Shown piece after piece: positions 58,788 through 64,000 of a DNA stretch of 64,000 bases; within the stretch, counting starts at the first letter, position 1; each line of letters begins with the position of its first letter. A model generated the notes under the pieces. That model was not told where the DNA came from. It saw nothing but the letters and a program-made list of their open reading frames with translations, and ran no database searches. The DNA is taken from NCBI GenBank assembly GCA_019058315.1, contig JAHPZH010000001.1, forward strand, positions 1 to 64,000. Reading direction: 5' to 3'. The stretch is from Candidatus Helarchaeota archaeon. Its GTDB lineage: Archaea > Asgardarchaeota > Lokiarchaeia > Helarchaeales > RDOG01. Both the position numbers and the translations under genes were made by a program.

Positions 58788-59813
58788 TTGAATATGCTTA
58801 AACTATTAATATGTATTTTTATATTTTTTTTAGATGAATACGAATTGAAAAATAAAAATCTCATAGCGTTTGGACCAGTTCCTTCAAGGCGTTTAGGTCA
58901 TAGTTTGGGGATAAACAATATTCCTCCAAAAATTTGTTCATATTCTTGTATTTATTGTCAACTAGGTAAAACTAAAAACATGAAATTTCAAAGAAGCACT
59001 TTTTATAAGGTTGAAGATATAATACAAGCTGTAAAAAATCAACTTGAAAAAACAAAAGGTAGGGGAGAATCCGTAGATTATTTGACTTTTGTTCCTGATG
59101 GAGAACCCACTCTAGATATCAATCTTGGTCATGAAATTGAACTATTAAAACCCTTAGGAATTAAAATTGCAGTCATTACCAATTCATCTCTTATATGGAA
59201 TCCGGATGTTAGAAATAACCTTCAAAAAGCTGATTTAGTATCTTTAAAGATTGATGCAGCTAGTAAAGAAATCTGGAAAAGAATGAATAGACCTCATAAA
59301 AATATCAAATTAAATGAAATATTAGATGGTCTAATAAGGTTTGCAAAGACTTTCAAGAACAAATTAATTACAGAAACTATGTTAATTCAAAATATAAATG
59401 ATAATATTAGTGAATTAAATAAAATTGCAAATCTTATTGAACAAATCAATCCCGATGAATGTTTTATTTCTATTCCTATTAGACCTCCAGCTGAAAAATG
59501 GGCCATCCCAGCAAATGAAGAATCAATTAATAATGCATTTCAAATTTTTAACAAAAAATGTAATAGAGTAGAATATCTCATAGGTTATGAAGGAAATGAG
59601 TTTGCATTCACAGGAAACATCGAAAATGATTTGTTAAGCATAACTTCAGTGCATCCAATGAGGGAAGAAGGTGTAAAAGAGTTACTAAAGAGAGCTAATA
59701 CAAACTGGTCTATAATTAATAGATTATTAGATGAAAAAAAACTCACAGAATTAAAATTCCAAGGCAAAAAATTTTATATGCGGAGATTATCAAGTATTTC
59801 GAGTTCGAATTAA
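58788..59813 (+). CDS. Radical SAM protein (COG0731/TYW1-like); true start probably ~58845
   Basis: FGPVPSRRLGHSLGIN, CSYSCIYCQLG, DGEPTL. Confidence 0.88.
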   Translation: MNMLKLLICIFIFFLDEYELKNKNLIAFGPVPSRRLGHSLGINNIPPKICSYSCIYCQLGKTKNMKFQRSTFYKVEDIIQAVKNQLEKTKGRGESVDYLTFVPDGEPTLDINLGHEIELLKPLGIKIAVITNSSLIWNPDVRNNLQKADLVSLKIDAASKEIWKRMNRPHKNIKLNEILDGLIRFAKTFKNKLITETMLIQNINDNISELNKIANLIEQINPDECFISIPIRPPAEKWAIPANEESINNAFQIFNKKCNRVEYLIGYEGNEFAFTGNIENDLLSITSVHPMREEGVKELLKRANTNWSIINRLLDEKKLTELKFQGKKFYMRRLSSISSSN

Positions 59814-59838
59814 TTCTTTTAAAATAGAGGCTGAAGAA

Positions 59839-61041
59839 ATGGTAAAAATTTCCAATTTTATAAAAGTAGCGCTTCTATTATTAATGTTTAGAACTATTCT
59901 ATTTGTAATTAAATTGATTTTTGGAATTTTAATTAATAGTTTACTATTAATAGCCGATTCAATCAATAGCGGAGCAGATATGGTAATTGCTCTTGGGATT
60001 TTAATTGGCTCAATACTATCAGAGCGAAAACCTTCTAAAAAATACCCTTATGGGATGTATAAAATTGAAAATCTAATAGAATTATTCATTTCTTTAGCAG
60101 TTTTTTATATTGGTTATACCATTTTGTCTGAAATTTTTCAGAATTTTGAAATTATTCAAACAACCAATATTGAATTAGGATTATTAATTTCAGCTATTTG
60201 TATAGGAATCTCTATTTCTCTTATGATTTTTCTAAGTAAAAAAGGAAAAAATATGAATTCTCCTATGTTTATAGCAGAAAGTGCGGATATAAGGATGGAT
60301 ATTTTAGCTACAACTCTAGTCTTTATAGGTATAAGTGGTCAATATTTCGGTTTCGACTTTTTAGAACTCTTTATGGGTATTTTTCTTGCGATTTTAGTAT
60401 TTATAACAGGATTACAGATTTTCATTCATTCGACTAAAGTTTTACTTGATGCCAGTGTGGATTATGATAAGTTAAATATTATTCGGAATATGATTGAAAA
60501 ACAACCTAATGTATTTGCTATTGAAAGATTATTTGTTCGAAGTGCAGGTAGATATTATTTTTTGGAACTTAATATAAAAACCCATTTGAAACTAGTTAAA
60601 AAAGCTCAAGAATTGAGAGATGAGATTGAAAAGGAAATTAAGGAAGAATTTCCAGAAATTTCTAGGATTATTATTGATATTGATCTAGAAAAAAAAGAAT
60701 TTACTCGATATGCAATTCCTTTACTAGATAATGAGGGACTAAATTCGATAATATCAGACCATTTTGGTTCCGCTAAATACTTCCTCAATTTTGATTTAAA
60801 AGATAATAAAATTATTAACTTAAATTTTATGCAGAATCCCTATTTGACCGAAGAAAAACGAAAAGGAATATTAGTAGGGAATTGGCTTGCCGCAAAATCG
60901 ACTGACATAATACTTGTGAAAGAACCCTTAAAAGGCGGAGCAAAACTGGCTTTAGAAAAGCATTTAATAGAGATTAAAATAATAGAAAATCCCTCTATAA
61001 AAGAATATTTTGAAAAGTTAGGTCTAAATTTCGAATTCTAA
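59839..61041 (+). CDS. Cation diffusion facilitator fused to a NifB/NifX-like domain
   Basis: Six TMs, YPYGMYKIENL, CDF dimerisation domain, C-terminal ISDHFGSAKYF. Confidence 0.88.
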   Translation: MVKISNFIKVALLLLMFRTILFVIKLIFGILINSLLLIADSINSGADMVIALGILIGSILSERKPSKKYPYGMYKIENLIELFISLAVFYIGYTILSEIFQNFEIIQTTNIELGLLISAICIGISISLMIFLSKKGKNMNSPMFIAESADIRMDILATTLVFIGISGQYFGFDFLELFMGIFLAILVFITGLQIFIHSTKVLLDASVDYDKLNIIRNMIEKQPNVFAIERLFVRSAGRYYFLELNIKTHLKLVKKAQELRDEIEKEIKEEFPEISRIIIDIDLEKKEFTRYAIPLLDNEGLNSIISDHFGSAKYFLNFDLKDNKIINLNFMQNPYLTEEKRKGILVGNWLAAKSTDIILVKEPLKGGAKLALEKHLIEIKIIENPSIKEYFEKLGLNFEF

Positions 61042-61216
61042 TTAGTTTATTTGATTATAAAATAGTAAATATCGATAATTGATCAGTTTCAATTTGAAAC
61101 ATAAATTTAAAAAAAAAGTTCTATTTTTATTCATTAGAAAGAAATTTTTCAAGATTTGAATCTTATAGAATTTTATGATGAAAATTAAAAAAAAATTATT
61201 GGAGGTCTAATGACTT

Positions 61217-61681
61217 ATGAGTGAAACAAAAAAGATTGTAGTAACATCACAACCCCCTGGAGGATTAGATTCACTAGTAGACCCTCGTTTTGGAAGATGT
61301 AATTCTTTTACATTAGTATCTGTAACAGGAAACGATATTAAAGAAGAAAAAATTATACCCAATGGTGCAATGAATGCAATGGGTGGAGCAGGAATACAAG
61401 CAGCCCAAACTGTGGCTAACTTAGGTGCCAATGCTATAATAACAGGGAATCTTGGACCAAATGCGTTTAATGCACTTCAGCAAACAGGTCTTCAAATTGC
61501 AATTTCAACTCCGATTAAAGTTAGAGATGCTGTGCAGAATTATATAGATGGAAAGTTACAAATCGTATCAAGTTCAACTGTAGGACTTCATGCCGGAATG
61601 GGGATGGGAATGGGTGGAGGAATGGGAGGCGGAAGAGGTCGCGGTATGGGTGGAGGAAGAGGACAAGGAAGAAGGTTTTGA
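61217..61681 (+). CDS. NifB/NifX family (Orange protein-like) metal-cluster-binding protein with a Gly/Met/Arg tail
   Basis: VDPRFGRC, GGAGIQAAQ, TGNLGPNA, GMGMGMGGGMGGGRGRG. Confidence 0.9.
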   Translation: MSETKKIVVTSQPPGGLDSLVDPRFGRCNSFTLVSVTGNDIKEEKIIPNGAMNAMGGAGIQAAQTVANLGANAIITGNLGPNAFNALQQTGLQIAISTPIKVRDAVQNYIDGKLQIVSSSTVGLHAGMGMGMGGGMGGGRGRGMGGGRGQGRRF

Positions 61682-61691
61682 GGAAAATTAG

Positions 61692-62597
61692 TTGGAATCA
61701 TGGAAAAAATTAAAGATACCTGTTATCGGTATAACTGGAGGTAAAGGTGGAACTGGAAAAACCACAGTAGCCATTAACTTGGCATATCTTTTTTCCCGTG
61801 ATAATAAGGTTTTACTTCTAGATCTTGATGTTGATGCCCCAAACGTTGCAATTTTATTAGGTGCAAAATTAAAAGAAGTAAAAAAAGTAAAAGATTTTAT
61901 ACCACTTTTTAATGAAAATTGTACTTTTTGTGGAGAGTGCCAAAAAGTATGTCGTGCACATGCTTTATTTCAATTTGGAGAAAATCTACCCACTTTAGTC
62001 CCTGAATTATGTAATTGTTGTGAAGCCTGTAAAATTATCTGTCCGAATAATGCCATCGATAATGGGATAAAGACTTTTGGTTATATACATGAAGGATCTA
62101 TTTATAATAATATTGACCTATTAGTAGGAGAGCTGAAGATAAAGGAACCGCGATCTGCAAAAGTAGTCGAAGAAGTCAAAGATTATGCAATTGAGCAAAT
62201 CAATAATAATGGTTATGATATAGTTATAGCAGATACCGCACCTGGTGCTCATTGTGATATTGTAATAGCACTCGATGGTGTAAAATCTATTTTAAGTGTG
62301 ACAGAACCCACTATATTTGGTCGCCATGACTTAGAACGTATTCTTCAATTGATTGAAATTGTAAATAAAGAAGCAAATTCTAAAATAGTTTTAAACCGTG
62401 CAGATATGACTAAGGAGAAAAAAATCATCTATGAGCTAGCAAAAAAATATAATAGTGAAGTAATTGAAGAAATTCCAATGGATAATGCCGTATTGAAAAG
62501 TTATAGCGAAGGAGTGCCTGTATGTAAAAAATTTCCAAAATCGGCTGCGGCAAAAGCATTTAATAAATTATATAATAAAATGAGGGGTTCAATTTGA
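61692..62597 (+). CDS. MinD-superfamily P-loop ATPase with inserted ferredoxin (COG1149)
   Basis: GGKGGTGKTT, DLDVDAPN, CTFCGEC...CNCCEAC, DTAPG, TEPT. Confidence 0.9.
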   Translation: MESWKKLKIPVIGITGGKGGTGKTTVAINLAYLFSRDNKVLLLDLDVDAPNVAILLGAKLKEVKKVKDFIPLFNENCTFCGECQKVCRAHALFQFGENLPTLVPELCNCCEACKIICPNNAIDNGIKTFGYIHEGSIYNNIDLLVGELKIKEPRSAKVVEEVKDYAIEQINNNGYDIVIADTAPGAHCDIVIALDGVKSILSVTEPTIFGRHDLERILQLIEIVNKEANSKIVLNRADMTKEKKIIYELAKKYNSEVIEEIPMDNAVLKSYSEGVPVCKKFPKSAAAKAFNKLYNKMRGSI

Positions 62598-63511
62598 TGG
62601 AAATAACTGTTCTAAGTGGTAAAGGTGGTGTTGGGAAAACTACTCTAACCGCCTCTCTTTCATATTTATTTCATCAAGATAATCAAAATATCATTTCTGT
62701 TGATACTGATGTCGATGCACCAAATTTATTATTAATTCTAGGTGGCAAAGAGCTAGAGAGGAAAAGTATCGAAGCGTCTGAAAAAGCATTTCTTGATAAA
62801 CAGAAATGTAGAAACTGCGGTGCATGTGAAAAAATTTGTAAGTTTGGTGCTATAAGTTGGGATGATGTAAATGATATTCCTATAATCAGCAGACTTCATT
62901 GTGAGGGATGTGGCGTGTGTTCATTAATCTGCCCTGAACAAGCAATAGAAATTAGACCGGTAAAAAGTGGTAAACTTATACATATGGAAACAAAATTTGG
63001 TTATCCCGTAATTACCGGAGATATTGAAATTGGAGATGCAAGCTCGGGAAAAATTGTCGCCGAAGCAAAAACAAAAGCCCGGGAATTATCTAAAACATTA
63101 AGTTCTGATACCTTATTAGTAGATGGTCCGCCTGGAATAGGCTGCCCTGTAATTGCTTCAGCTTCTGGTTCTACATATATTGTTTTAATAAGTGAACCAA
63201 CACCTGCAGCAAAGCATGATCTTGAAAGAGTATTAGAAATTTCGAGGTTTTTCTGCAAAAGGATTGGTTTAGTTATTAATAAAGCTGATATAAATAAGAA
63301 ATTTACAGAAGAATTAATTAAATTTGCAAAAACTGAAAATTTAGACATTCTTGGAACAATTCCCGTTGATGACGCTGTACCAAAATCCATTACCAATGGA
63401 GTCCCCGTTGTTGTTGATAATCCCAATTCTCCAGCTTCTAAAGCTATTTATTCCATATATGAGAAGTTAAAGAATCATTTAAATGACACTTTAAATGAAA
63501 ATTCGCTTTAA
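62594..63511 (+). CDS. MinD-superfamily P-loop ATPase with inserted ferredoxin (COG1149), second copy
   Basis: SGKGGVGKTT, DVDAPN, CRNCGAC...CEGCGVC, DGPPGIGCPVIAS. Confidence 0.9.
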   Translation: MMEITVLSGKGGVGKTTLTASLSYLFHQDNQNIISVDTDVDAPNLLLILGGKELERKSIEASEKAFLDKQKCRNCGACEKICKFGAISWDDVNDIPIISRLHCEGCGVCSLICPEQAIEIRPVKSGKLIHMETKFGYPVITGDIEIGDASSGKIVAEAKTKARELSKTLSSDTLLVDGPPGIGCPVIASASGSTYIVLISEPTPAAKHDLERVLEISRFFCKRIGLVINKADINKKFTEELIKFAKTENLDILGTIPVDDAVPKSITNGVPVVVDNPNSPASKAIYSIYEKLKNHLNDTLNENSL

Positions 63512-63531
63512 CTTGAATTCTATTCCTATTT

Positions 63532-63999
63532 TTATGTTTTTTTAGTTAAATAGCAAATACCTTGTTGTGTAAAAGAATTCATAAAGATATTAACTATTTT
63601 TCCATCCACATCATCGCTTAAATCAATCACTTTAACTGCATCGGCCCAAATTTGAGAATCAGGTATTAACTCTAGAAGCGAATTCTTAGCATTTTGAAAA
63701 TAATTTCGATTTATTATATAATTCTCTTTTTCAGGATGAATAACTAAATAGAGCATATCTGATTCCACGAGAATATTAAAAAAATGGGTTCCAAGTGAAA
63801 CGTCGGGAATCAGATCTCCTATTTTTTCTGTAATTTCGCCTATAATTGAAACATTATCAATTTCAGCGAAAGAAATGGGAACTCCAAAACTCGGTGTAGA
63901 CGTCCCCCAACGTCCGGGACCTAAAAGCATTATTTTTTTGTCCGAATCTTCTTCTAATTGATTTATTTTACCAATTAAACGTGCAATAGAATATCTATC
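63532..63999 (-). CDS. C-terminal end of a PEP/pyruvate-binding (PPDK_N-like) domain protein, 5'-partial
   Basis: The frame is open to the window edge: DRYSIARLIGKIN...LLGPGRWGTS...DVSLGTHFF. Confidence 0.8.
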   Translation of the reverse strand, partial: DRYSIARLIGKINQLEEDSDKKIMLLGPGRWGTSTPSFGVPISFAEIDNVSIIGEITEKIGDLIPDVSLGTHFFNILVESDMLYLVIHPEKENYIINRNYFQNAKNSLLELIPDSQIWADAVKVIDLSDDVDGKIVNIFMNSFTQQGICYLTKKT

Positions 64000-64000
64000 A

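Noticed and set aside
59839-61681. Nitrogen fixation genes
   Set aside because: NifB/NifX-like domains are widespread in non-diazotrophic anaerobes and there is no nifHDK
217-63426. Many 60-140 aa ORFs antisense to or overlapping the annotated genes
   Set aside because: They lie wholly within well-supported CDSs on another frame or strand and have no recognisable motifs

Overview
This is a very AT-rich window from an anaerobic archaeon, most likely an Asgard lineage (Loki/Helarchaeales-like). That placement is inferred from gene content and a eukaryote-type SECIS. The window is dominated by flavin/Fe-S electron-bifurcation genes: six HdrA, five MvhD, two HdrBC pairs, an HdrD-like protein, two Hdr-Flx operons (one with FrhB, one lacking FlxA), an HdrA-MvhD/MetV/MetF operon and an orphan MvhG. 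Four things stand out. (1) A 659-aa HdrA, split in the ORF track, is a two-UGA selenoprotein whose eukaryote-like SECIS core contains the gene's own UGA stop. (2) Three tandem stand-alone proteins resemble the Vps5/SNX BAR domain. (3) A Mer enzyme carries two copies of an unrecognised helical 'KGH' domain that also occurs in the overlapping AbrB-like upstream gene, inside a cluster of three AbrB-type proteins. (4) Mosaic, GC-rich beta-propeller surface proteins share an Ig-like stalk and a conserved 'FxLSPLG...N-KTIK' C-terminal anchor. The window ends with a NifX/COG1149 (ORP-like) metal-cluster locus. I saw no rRNA, tRNA, CRISPR array or transposase. All family assignments come from motif recognition, not database searches.
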